From Podarcis filfolensis (Eukaryota), in NCBI GenBank assembly GCA_964270895.1, contig OZ185439.1: a DNA stretch of 64,000 nucleotides; one strand, 5' to 3'. This document shows positions 46,001 through 57,800 of this stretch, piece by piece; the stretch's first letter is position 1; each line of letters starts with the position of its first letter. The notes under the pieces were generated by a model. It was not told the DNA's origin. It searched no databases and was given only the letters and a program-made list of their open reading frames with translations. The translations under genes were made by a program, and so were the position numbers.

Positions 46001-48717
46001 TGACATTTGCCCAAGGAAAGCGATTGGGATGGAGCAACCTTGCCAGTGCTTTTTTATACAATTAAAAAGAAAAAAATCCTGTTGTGCTTCTTTTGCTGTT
46101 CTACTTGGCAAGCTAGACTAAGAAAAGCTTCACCTAGTTCACATAGCTGCAACATGCAGATTTGAGGTTCAACATACCGAAATAGAATTCCAGACTCTTG
46201 TTTCAACAAGGGAAATAATTAGAGTTTCCCAGCCTAGTTGCCATGGCTGCGATTCTCACCTCTTCCCTAGATTTGAACCTCAGACAGATGAAACAAAATA
46301 TAATGTTCTGAGCCTACTAGCACCTACATAAAAATTTGCAAAAGGCAAATAGCTGGTGACAATAAATGCTGGGGATGGAGGATGTGTGGGGATCTGGCAC
46401 CCCTATTATCCTCCTCAGTGCCCTAGAGCTGCCTGACAAGGTGTGAATGCATGCCTGTGTGATATTATTATTATTAGATAACTTTTATATTAAAACCATA
46501 ATCCTAGGTTTTGCACACCTGTGGTAGCTGGATGAACATTCAGTCTCTAAATCCAACGAGCGGTTCCGGCGGACAAATAAGCTAATTTAAATTGCAAAAG
46601 TGAAAAGATGCTTAGCCCACTCAGGTGAGGCACGGGTCCCAGGGTCAGTACTGCAGACGACAAACGAAAAATTGCTGGACTTAATTTTTTTGTTAATGAA
46701 TAAATGTTACACTTCCTCAGTATTAACTAAGCTTTAACACTTTCTCTATTAATTGTTTGCTTTCTGATTTGTCTGACTTGCAAGGGGGCAAACATCTACT
46801 ATTAAAAGCAGGCCAGACTGCTGCTGAAGTTAAATTGAGTTAGAAATATGCTGTAGTGTGGGTGATGCATGCTAGCACAGGTGGGAAGGAGCAGAGGGGG
46901 ACACTAGATTTCATTTATGGTGCTTTGTCAGTGCCTGTGCCAGCACCTTAGGCAGCTGCAAGAGGCCGTAACACCTGGGTCTGGGAGCTGCCTGCTGTTT
47001 TAATTGCTCACAGTGCCCCTGAGCAATGCTCACAGGTCATGGTGCAGATTGCAATTCTGCTGCTGCTTCCAGCAGGTATGCCCATCAGGGGAGAAAAGCA
47101 GGAGCAGCCCACCACAGGGCACTTCCTCAGCAGTGGGAGGGAGCTGGCCCTGTGCTTCATATTGTTGCACAGTTATTAAAAACTACAGAAGAAGCACCAT
47201 CTCCATCTGAAAACAGCATCCTGCTAATATCAGCATGGTTTTTAAAGCCCAGGTGTGCTGAATTTGCTTCATTCTGCCCCCCTCCCAGACCACAGCTACA
47301 CATGTGCAAGCTGCCTTAACACAGAAGTCTTGATCTGAACTTCCCCCACTGGTGCCAATAGCAAACAGCAGTTTCAGAGGAGCAATAATCATTCGGACCA
47401 CAGCAGGGAAAGAAAGGGTTACACTCTCCCCACCTGCTGCACAGCAGCTGCTACTGTATTTAAATGCAAACATGCAAAGATCAGTCTAGTTTTTTGCCCA
47501 AATACAGAATTGTCTTCCTTGCATATCACACTGCCCTGACACAGAAGCATTTCAAGCCATTAGTTTAAAGAGTTTCTTCAAACAACTAATAATTATTTAG
47601 CAATAGCTAGTAAATACTGATAAACTATTTTAACAAAACACATGGCACCTTACTTTTCACCAAAACATATGGCTTAAAAAGAACATTCTTTTAAATAATT
47701 TATTATTCTCTCTTACTTTTTTTTTAGTTCCTAGAAATTTACCCCCCACTCCCATGGCCATACATGAAGCCCTATTCTTCCTCCTCTGTTAGCAAGGTTT
47801 TTATTTGTTTATTAACATGTCCTAGAAGATTTTTTTAAAAAAACTATACACATACAAATTTTCATCACGACCACTGTCCTCTGTTCCCTCATCTGTTTAC
47901 TTTCACACAGTTGGCCTCCTGCTGTAGCATGGTCGAAGTGGTATCCATCCAGGGCTTATATCTTTAAAGCACATTTGAAGCACAGTCTCCCCCTCAAAGA
48001 ATTCTGGGTACTGTAATTTAAGGGTTGTTGGGAATTGCAAATCTGCAAGAAGTAAACTACACTGCCCAGAATTCTTTGAGGAGACAAACGTCCTTTGAAT
48101 GTGTTTTAAAGGTACAGTGTATATGCAACATAAATCTTATATGGCTCCAAAAACCCACCCCACATGCCCCCTCTCTCTTTTTTCCAGATTTCCTCACCTC
48201 ATGAATGTCACTTGCTCCAAGACTGATTGAGTTAGCATTTCCTAACCCATCTCTCATGATCTGGCAGGGACTTACATTTTCCTGAGAATCACATGTTTAG
48301 CAACAAGGAGTATCCTCAATAAAAATGTTGCCTGACTATATTCTATATGAATGCATACATGAAATATGGCACGGACCCCCTTAAATATATGATGGAGGAA
48401 TTGAGAATCAGGGTCATACTGCTTCAGATTTCAGCTCAAAATATGATGACTGCTGGACAAGCCCACATTATGTGCGTGAGCTGTGGCCCCAGTAATTGTC
48501 CATGGTTGTTATGCCTGGAGCATGAAAGGGAGTAGGAACCCCATACACTCTAAGCATCTATTTCTACTGCATAAGCTGCAGCCTCAGGTCTGTTGCCGAG
48601 GTCTTTATTACAGTCAGAACAACGTTCCATGATTAGGCTGATGTAATATTCACTTTGCCAGTGTGATGTTTTACACTCTTGCCCCAGTGACATAACTCCA
48701 GCATGCACACACATGAG

Positions 48718-48884
48718 CAGTGCTTTTTTTCTGGGGGTATGCAGGGATATGCACACCCCTAAAAATGTTGTGAATCTTTGTACTTTTGTCCGTTTACTGT
48801 ATTTATTTCCCCCAGTTTGAACTATAAAATGGTGAGTCATAATGAGAGTACCCCTAAACATTTTTTTAAAGAAAAAAAGCACTG
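48718..48884. mobile_element. hAT MITE (same family as 41204, inverted)
   Basis: TIRs cagtgcttttttt / aaaaaaagcactg. TSD cacatgag / cacatgac (7/8 match). Confidence 0.85.
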
Positions 48885-50337
48885 CACATGACCATACCCA
48901 TAAAGCTATGCTTCAGTGCAGCTGAATAACCATAGTATAAAGACACAACCATATGGTACTTTTGAGGAGCTATCAGGGTTGCGCAATAATGCTAAACCTT
49001 GCAAAGCTTTTGACAGGACAGCAGAGCAGTTGGCCAGGCACTGAAATTGATTTCTTCCTACTTGGAACCCAGCTAGATGGGCTGCATTGTTGGTGGTAAT
49101 AACTGGCAAGTTTCCCCCACCCCTCTCTCATTGATAGTCCATAAAAGGAACTTTTAAGTCCTTGAGATCCTACAGTATTCATAAGTGTTCAACAGATCTT
49201 AACAGACTCAAATGAAAGATCAACACTTATTGTACACATCCTCCAGGCCAGTTGAATTAGCATTCCTTGTTCTGCAGGTGCAACAGGATATGAATGCATC
49301 TGGTTCTGGAAAACCATGTCCATGGATATGTATGTGTATATGTATGTGTAAGTGTGCGCAAGCATCATTATGTGTCTGTCTGTATACAAAATGAAATCAT
49401 AGCTCCATCATCTTGATATCCGGGCACATCATTAATTTTAAAAGAGTGCGCTGTCAGCCACTGGCCTCAAGCCCAGCTATCTTTACCTCTGCTGACTAAT
49501 TTCCTTTTCCCACACCTCCAGCTGCCTGACTAAAAAGGAAAAAAGAGAGAGAGAATAGGCTACATTTAATACAACATGCATCACTGCTTGTTTTGAAAGT
49601 CTCTAGACTTGGCATGAGAAAAAGAAATTCAAAACATGGGGAGCCTTCAGCATGAACTCCCACATCCACAGCTCTCATAATGGCAGCCATGACTGGGCCT
49701 ATCATATGAAAACAGCAGCCAGCCTACAATTGTAAGTATGGCATAAACTTTAGATGAGGAAATGATGCTTTAATAAATCAATATCCCAGGATGTCGAGGG
49801 GTCATCATCAAGCCTTCCAGACAAAAATGTCTCTCCCATACACAATGACCCAGTTTGGATCCCGTAAAATATTTCACGTTAAGCATCTCTATGGGTACAA
49901 AGATTTTGTTTCCACCTTACAACCTCCCCCCAACTCTTGATCAGGAAACTGTCATCTGTGCATATGCAATGGCTATCTTGCTTAACTGCAAAGTAAATGT
50001 GACTTAAGTTTTCCTTTCGGGTTGATGCATTTCCCCCTCAAATCAGCTTCAAACAGCCATATTTCTCAAGAAACTGCAGGATAGCTCTGCATCATGGGTA
50101 ACGTCATGGGTACAGTAGCGGGAGTTCGGTGGAGCCAGAATAACTAGAACTGTGAAGACAGTCTGAATTTATGAATGGATATTGGCACTGTTCATTGATG
50201 CAATTTGTGAGTTGTGAAAATTGTGTAAAGCTGGATCCCTAGGCACCTAATGATATGCTGAAATAGAGGCATGTCTCAGCAGATCTCAGAGTGCCATAGA
50301 GCTAGCAAGTAAAATTCCACTTTAAAATATCCCTATA

Positions 50338-50578
50338 CAGTCAAACCTCGGTTGTCGAACGTAATCCATTCCAGAAGCCCATTTGGCTTCCGAAATATTT
50401 GACAACCAAGGCGCAGCTTCCAGTCGGCTGCAAGACCTTCCTGCACTTAAGCGGAAGCCACGTCGGATGTTCAGCTTCCAAAAAATGTTTTAAAATCAGA
50501 GCAATTACTTCCAGGTTTTTGGCATTCAGGAACCGAAATGTTCCAAAACGGAGGCGTTCAGGAACCAAGGTTTGACTG
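50338..50578. mobile_element. Tc1/mariner MITE
   Basis: TIRs cagtcaaacctcggtt / aaccaaggtttgactg with TA TSD. Confidence 0.85.
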
Positions 50579-51223
50579 TAGCCCTTGTGGAATGTATGTT
50601 GCTATAGGCTGCATAAGAAATAAAATATCAGTAAATTAGTGATTATGTATTTTTTAAAGTATGTTGTAAGCGGCCTTGGTCATGGTTTTAACTTTGGAAG
50701 GGCCGCATACAAATAAAATGATTGACTGAGAAAAAGGATCTGCATCACCTGTGGCTCTAATATACCAGACAACGGCTTAACAAAATATGCTTTAAAAACA
50801 GGCAGCATGACACAAATCCCAGCCAGGCATGTGCAGATATGGGACTCATAAAAGGTTCATTCAAATATGTAACAGCAGTCCAGAGTTGGAAGATGCTAAT
50901 GCTATGGATGTTATGTGGGTAAAACCTCAGCGCCTAGGACTTGCCGATCGCATGGTCGGCGGTTCGAATCCCCACGGCGGGGTGCGCTCCCGCCATTCGG
51001 TCCCAGCGCCTGCCAACCTAGCAGTTCGAAAGCACCCCCGGGTGCAAGTAGATAAATAGGGACCGCTTACCAGCGGGAAGGTAAACGGCGTTCCATGTGC
51101 TGCGCTGGCTCGCCAGATGCAGCTTGTCACGCTGGCCACGTGACCCGGAAGTGTCTGCGGACAGCGCTGGCTCCCGGCCTATAGAGTGAGATGAGCGCAC
51201 AACCCTAGAGTCTGGCAAGACTG

Positions 51224-52245
51224 TGAAGTTTTCAAACTGGACAGGAAAATTGGCTTCCAGGTGGAGAGGTCAAAATTAGAAACAGAGCTATTGGAACCCA
51301 ATACTAAGAATCTGTCAAGAATGTACAACTTGCTGTTGAAATGGAATACACAGGATGAGACGGTTAAATCAGCTATGATTAAATGGGCACAAGACATTGG
51401 TCATAACATTATGTTTGCTGACTGGGAACAGTTATGGACCACCGGTATAAAGTTCACGGCATGTAATGCCTTAAGAGAGAACATTATGAAAATGATATAT
51501 AGGTGGTACATGACCCCAGTCAAGCTTGCAAAAATTTATCATACGCCCAATAATAAATGTTGGAAATGTAAGGAAACTGAAGGTACTTTCTACCACCTTT
51601 GGTGGACGTGCCCAAGGATCAAGGTCTTCTGGGAAATGATTTATAATGAAATGAAAAAGGTGCTTAAATGCACATTCGTGAAGAAACCAGAAGCCTTCCT
51701 CCTGGGCATGGTAGGCCAATTGGTGTCAAGGAAAGATAGGACGTTTTTTATGTATGCTACAACAGCAGCAAGAGTACTTTTAGCAAAGTATTGGAAGACA
51801 CAAGAACTACCCACACTGGAAGAATGGCAGACCAAGGTGATCGACTACATGGGACTGGCGGAGATGACTGGCAGAATCCGTGACCAAGGGAAAGAGACGG
51901 TGGAAGAAGACTGGAAGAAATTTAAAGTTTATCTTAAGAATTGTTGTAAAATTAATGAATGTTAAAATGTCTTGGGTAATGCAAAATAGAATTGCAGTGA
52001 CAAACAATTGGATATGAGAAAAAAGATTTAAAGAAAGTGCTATAAGAAATTGAAATTAGGGGTTGCTGGAATGATTTAAAACAGGGATGCAGAAAGGGGA
52101 GGTATGGGGAAGTCGCTGAAAGAAGGTTTTAGGAAAGAAAGGTCAAGAAATTATACGTGTTTATATGTTTGTTTGTTTATGTATTGTGTTGTATTGTCTT
52201 TAATATGTGTTGAAAAACCAATAAAAAATTTATATATAAAAAAAA
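51224..52245 (+). mobile_element. 5'-truncated L1 (ORF2 C-terminal Cys-rich region, 3'UTR, polyA)
   Basis: Open frame 51261-51965 with CWKCKETEGTFYHLWWTCP (L1 CCHC-type motif) and AARVLLAKYWK; aataaa and an A-tail. Perfect 18-bp TSD tagagtctggcaagactg (51206-51223, 52246-52263). Confidence 0.93.
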
Positions 52246-52272
52246 TAGAGTCTGGCAAGACTGGCCCGTACG

Positions 52273-52397
52273 CAGTGGCGTAGCGTGGGTTGTCAGCACC
52301 CGGGGCAAGGCAAGTAATTTGCGCCCCCTAACCCTAACCCCCAGATGTTGCGCCCGGTGCGGCCGGTACCCCCTGCACCCCCCACGCTACGCCACTG
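52273..52397. mobile_element. hAT MITE (125 bp)
   Basis: Perfect 17-bp TIRs cagtggcgtagcgtggg / cccacgctacgccactg and perfect 8-bp TSD cccgtacg (52265-52272, 52398-52405). Confidence 0.93.
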
Positions 52398-53072
52398 CCC
52401 GTACGGGCAGGGGTACCTTTACCTTTACCTTAATGTTATGGATAGTGCCCAAGATGGCCTGTCAGAGATATGCACAAATATAACAGAAATCCTTCTCACC
52501 TGCACCTGGGACTTTATAGTATCATGTCTTGTTATAGAAGGTTATACTGATTAGATGTGTATGTGTTTATTTTGGAACATCATTTGTTTCTTATAATAAA
52601 CTTTTCCCCATTTTTTTTTAAAATACACCAGAGACTATTTGGCTGTGTGATGAGGCAGCAGCAGAGCTCCGACTATTCAGATATGAGCCGCACCTCTGCA
52701 TCCTGTGACTCAGTTTCCCAATGACATGCAGCAGGTCACATTTGTGCTTTGTGAATATGCAAGTATGCAATCCTTAACATGCTTTCCTGGGAACAAGTTG
52801 AATTGAACCTGTGGGACTTATCTTTGGGTAGACATGTATAGGATTTTGCTCTAAATATAGTAACAGCAGGCCCAGTGTTTGGGGAAGGCGTTGCAGCTCT
52901 CTGGGACCAAAGTTTGAAATCTGAGAGTCAGAGGTTGAAGTTAGAAATCATTTCAGAGACTTGCCTAGCAACATGAGTAAAGTCTAAAACAGAAAAATGG
53001 AAGCTTATAGCAGCCAAGGTAGACCCTGTATCTGTCCATTACAGCACACCCATTTCCTGCCAGAACCTTATA

Positions 53073-53297
53073 CAGTGGTACCTCAGGTTACATACGCTTC
53101 AGGTTACAGACTCCACTAACCCAGAAATATTACCTCAGGTTAAGAACTTTCCTTCAGGATGAGAACAGAAATTGTGCAGCGGTGGCGCAGCGGCAGCAGG
53201 AGGCCCCATTAGCTAAAGTGATGCTTCAGGTTAAGAACGGTTCAGGTTAAATACGGACCTCCAGAATGAATTAAGTACTTAACCCGAGGTACCACTG
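53073..53297. mobile_element. Tc1/mariner MITE
   Basis: TIRs cagtggtacctc / gaggtaccactg with TA TSD. Confidence 0.9.
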
Positions 53298-53378
53298 TAT
53301 AACTCAAGAGTCAAGAGAGAAGGCTCTACGTAGTCAGATAAGCAGAACGGATCCATTTTAAGCAATTTATTTAAGCAG

Positions 53379-53432
53379 TTTATTAATGCATAATGAAGAA
53401 TCTTGTTTATTAATGCATAATGAAGAATCTTG
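53379..53432. repeat. Perfect 27-bp tandem duplication
   Basis: tttattaatgcataatgaagaatcttg occurs twice head-to-tail. Confidence 0.95.
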
Positions 53433-53966
53433 TTTGGCATCTGCTCAGTTTCACAATTAAGAGCAGCAGTGGCCTGAAAGCAACATGTGAGGATGCTGGC
53501 TCCCCGCTCTACTTTTATGGATCAGCTTGCTTCTTTTGTGTTAGATTCAGGTGCACTGTGCTGCACTGACTGTGAGCATAAGGGCAAATGCATATCCATG
53601 CAAACCAGGACTAAGATTCAGGGCACGTACATAGGACATTCTAAAGTGCATTCTATGCGCTCCAAGACCTTGTCAAAGGCTTCCACACCTCCTCCTCCTG
53701 CCCCCACCTCTGCTGCACCACCATCTCCCAGGACCAGAAGAGGATTGAAGCTGAAGGAGCAGAAGGTTGCGCGCAGGTGGAGTCTTCACCTGCTTGCACA
53801 CACCTTGGAAGGGGGAGATACATAAGCCGAGGTGGGGAGGAACCTCTCTGTTGCAATGACTGCCTTATCAGGTGTACAGCTGAGAGTAGCTGAGAGACTT
53901 AGGACTGATGGACATGACTCCCCTTAACTTGTAAGTGTACTTTTGGCAATAAAGAGTCAGTTCCTC

Positions 53967-54818
53967 CTACTCTCAGCAGCCAAAAACATCATAGCCAGAC
54001 ACTGGAGAGACCTGTCAGGAGTAAGCATGGACCAATGGTATCAAATAGGATGGGAAACTGCCCTATTAGAAAAAGTAACCAATAAATAACTGACATGGGC
54101 ACAAATAGAAGAAGATGCCTTCATCCCAGTATGGCTCCACTTTGTCACATACATAGCCCAACAAGACAACAACAAGAATCCACCAACAACATAGGAATCA
54201 ATCTGGCTAACCTGATTAAAACACACACACACACAAAAGCAAATCTCACTACAGTGATACCTCTGGTTGCGAATGGGATCCATTCCGGAGGCCCGTTTGC
54301 AACATGAAAGGAACGCAACCCGCAGCGTCACATCTGCGTACGCGCGGGTTGCGATTCACCACTTCTGCGCATGCGTGTGACGTTATTTTGCACTTCTGCG
54401 CATGCACGAGTGGCAAAACCCGGAAGTAACCCTTTCCGGTACTTCCAGGTCGCTGCGGGACGCAACCTGAAAAAATGTAACATGAAGCAAATGTAACATG
54501 AGGTATGACTGTACAGCCAACCAACTACACCCTAAGCCACCCTCAACCTCTCTCACCACCAAGGAAATACAACAAGCTAATAGTAAGAGAACCCACACAA
54601 GTAATGCTGACACAAAACCCCACACATACACTAAATAGGAGAATAGAAGCATAACCACCCAACTCACCATTCCCCCTCCCCCTCTTCCCCCCCTAACACT
54701 GTATGTCTCACAGCAAATGAAACTGATCTGTAGAAAACACAACTTGAAAAAAGAGACAACACATGTATTTTTGTAAGATTTTGTAAGAAATCTTTAATAA
54801 AAATATATTTAAAACAAA
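53967..54818 (+). mobile_element. L1 3' fragment
   Basis: Reads LLSAAKNIIARHWRDLSGVSMDQWYQIGWETALLEKVTNK* from 53967, then an A-rich UTR and tail. TSD aataaagagtcagttcctc (53948-53966) / aataaagagttaattcctc (54819-54837). Confidence 0.78.
54252..54511. mobile_element. Tc1/mariner MITE nested in L1
   Basis: TIRs cagtgatacctc / gaggtatgactg with TA TSD. Confidence 0.85.
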
Positions 54819-57800
54819 AATAAAGAGTTAATTCCTCACACTGGACATTCTTGCATGACAGTGCAGTGACACTGAGTCTTCTTGCCAAGAAGAGCATCCC
54901 ATGTTCCTGCTCCGCTAAGGTGGAAGTGGGAACTCTGCAGGCCCCGAGTGTCAGTGTGGATGTGCCCCAAAGAGTTTCTCCTTGACTTCAGCAGCAGCAT
55001 TACTCACAAATAAGCAAGTCATTTGAATGCTCTACCATTTCCCCCTTCACTTCTGCCATGACTAAGAGAATAGAAACAAACACTTCCCACATGAGAATTT
55101 GTGTTGCTGGTGCTACTTCGCATGTTAATGCTGCTAGATGAGCCATGGCGGAGCAGCTTGCACTTAGCAGCAAATAAATATCTGTGCATAATCTCGGTTT
55201 GCTAATGGGCTTCCTATCCCATTGATCTTCTGTGGTCACTTAACTGTGATCCTGATAAGTGTCTCTGCCGCAACTAATTGCATCTCAGAATCCCTCATGT
55301 CTGTACTAAAAGTAGCTGGCAGATCTTTCTCTGAGATTTCACTGTTTGGAACAGGATTTATGAAGTGGCCAAATAAATTCATCATCCAGTTTGTGCCACT
55401 TTAAATAGGATATATTTCCTACAAAGTTAGCCCTTGAAGCAGGCATAGGTAGAGAATTATATCAGGAGAGACTTGTAACGCCTTGAAGAGCAACAAATTT
55501 ATTCTGGCATTCATTCATTATTTATTTATTTATTTATGTAGGATCCATAAACCACTCTACATTCTGAGACTTCCTAAGACACAATGCAGATAACAAAACA
55601 GCATTAAAACACAAAACCCAGAAAGAATGAAAAACTGCAGAGAAAAAATAAGCTTTTGTGGATTAGTCAGGAGTGATGAACCTGTGGCTCTCCAGATGTT
55701 GCCCTATAACTCCAATCCACCCCAGCATGACCCATGGTCAGGGATGGTGCGGATTGTACTTTGGCAATACCTGGAAGGCCACAGGTTCCTCAACCTTGGA
55801 CCCACCATTAGATGTCTCAAGAGTTGTTCTGGGCCAGGTATGAGCAGTGTTTCTTAAACTTGGGTCCCCAGCTGTTGTTGGACTACAACTCCCACCATCC
55901 CTAGCTAGCAGGACCAGTGGGATGATTGAATAAAAGATAGCTGAAGCACATACAATGGCTTCCACTAGGACATCAAGGCTTCCCCCTTTCCCCTCCATCC
56001 CAAAAGCAGCATGTGGGGGAAGGAGACAGGATATTTTTCACCAGGCAAGCAGAGATACTTGTGCTGATGGAGCAACTTCCTTAGTGCTACATTGAATTCC
56101 TCCCTCTGAGTTGCTGGTATATTATATATAAAAGGGTGTATGTGGTGAAATGTAAACAGTGACATTGGAGGGAAATGAATTAACAGTGACCATTCACAAT
56201 ACAGGGTTGGTGATAACAGAAACATCCTGGCACTGGTAATTAACAAATGTAGTGTGATTTAAAACAAAAACCATTGTCTGGATTCAGGCCACAGGGAGCC
56301 TCTCAATAAACTATGTCAGTAGCTTCACATTGCAGTCTCCCTTTTCAGAATAGATACCTTAAGGTCAACAGAAAAGCTTCCTGGAAGATTGAAATGTTCC
56401 ATCGTGGTTGCACAAATATCTATTTCACTGTGTGAAAACACAATGAGAAGCTGTGTTTGGTTGTGCTGTCACCATGTCTGCATCTAGTGTAATGGACAAT
56501 GGTGCTGTTGTCACATTTGATAATCTCTGTGTGGTTTGCCTGCTTTATTCTGTATGGGTGTTATGCTATCTGTATATGAAAATAATGATTGAAGTGACTC
56601 ATGAGACTGTGGGTGACACCTGCCTGCTTGCCCAGGATGATGGGATGATAACCATTAACTTAGATAGACTTCCATGAATTTATCCAAGGCTATCAATGGT
56701 TATCAACTATGAAAGCAGCATTAGGTCTCCATGTCCGGCTTCCACTGATAGACCTTGAGGTGATCCAGCGAGACAGTTCTTATGTTCATAAGTGACAGGC
56801 ATTCATCTGCAGCAGGAATTGGGTTTCTTGTCAGAGCAGCGTAGCAGCTCTGACAGGTGGACGAACCTTATGCCAATCTTCCAAATCCAGAGCTTCTTGG
56901 AAACCAGAGCTAATGAGATTCATCTATTAGAAATGACAAGCATACTAGATTCAAATGTGACAGTAGTCCCAGTTGATACCTTTTCATGATGAGAAAAAGC
57001 TGGACAAGTCCCCACACAGTCCATGTCTAATTCTAAAATATGGCTACTATAGAAGACATTCAGTACTCATAGGAGTAGCCTTCCTCAGTCAGGCTGAGGC
57101 CCAGAATATTGTTTCTGATGGTACTTGATGCTTCAGAATGGTATAAGAGCACGGGGCAATAATGGAGCAAGTCATCTCCCAGTTTTAATTGAAAGCTTCC
57201 AGCATCCTTAGGCTAAAAAGTATCTCAAGGAGGAGGATGTATGTCATCATCACCCTTGTTAATAGTCATTTGTATTGCTACCATTGGCAGTATTAGCCAT
57301 CACCACATTTTTGACAGAGAATTGCACACATCTATAGTGTGCTGAATAAGCTGCCCTTAGCCACAGCTTGTTGGAATCTAAGAGTACACCATTTATCCCA
57401 TATTTGCCCTGTGGCTCCTTCTACGTTTCCTGTAATAATCTGATTCTAGCTGCTGCAGGAGACAGGAAGCTGATCTTGATGCACCATCGGTCAGACTCAG
57501 TTATTATGGCATGCTGTATTACCTACTTCCTTTCTAAGGCTCTCAGCGTAGCATATCGTGCAATATCCTGCAGGCCCCGGTGTGGCACAAAGAAAAACAA
57601 TATATCACATATATGATGTTTGAATCCAGTTTGTTCAGAATGCTTTGGTAGATTATGGGCAAACAATGATAATAGGTGACATGCAACCATAGATAAAAGC
57701 TTATCAATAAACACTGATAAATATCTACATTTCAAATCTGGAGGGAATCCAAGCTGACCACTTTACCACAGTCTCACTGCTGTTTAATTGTCTGGATTTT

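Larger units (their letters stand above)
50910..52430 (+). mobile_element. Sauria SINE (distinct subfamily) hosting an L1 fragment and a hAT MITE
   Basis: Body tgggtaaaacctcagcgcctaggacttgccgatcg... to 51223, resuming gcccgtacg...ggcaggggtacctttacctttacct. TSD taatgctatggat (50897-50909) / taatgttatggat (52431-52443). Confidence 0.9.
53671..54871 (+). mobile_element. Solo LTR (same family as 6851-7554) interrupted by L1
   Basis: Homology from ctcccaggaccagaagaggattgaag to aataaagag, resuming at ctggacattc...cagtgaca (ends 54871). Left end not resolved. Confidence 0.75.

Noticed and set aside
51261-51965. 234-aa ORF as a host zinc-finger gene
   Set aside because: It is the L1 ORF2 C-terminus, with a polyA tail and an 18-bp TSD.
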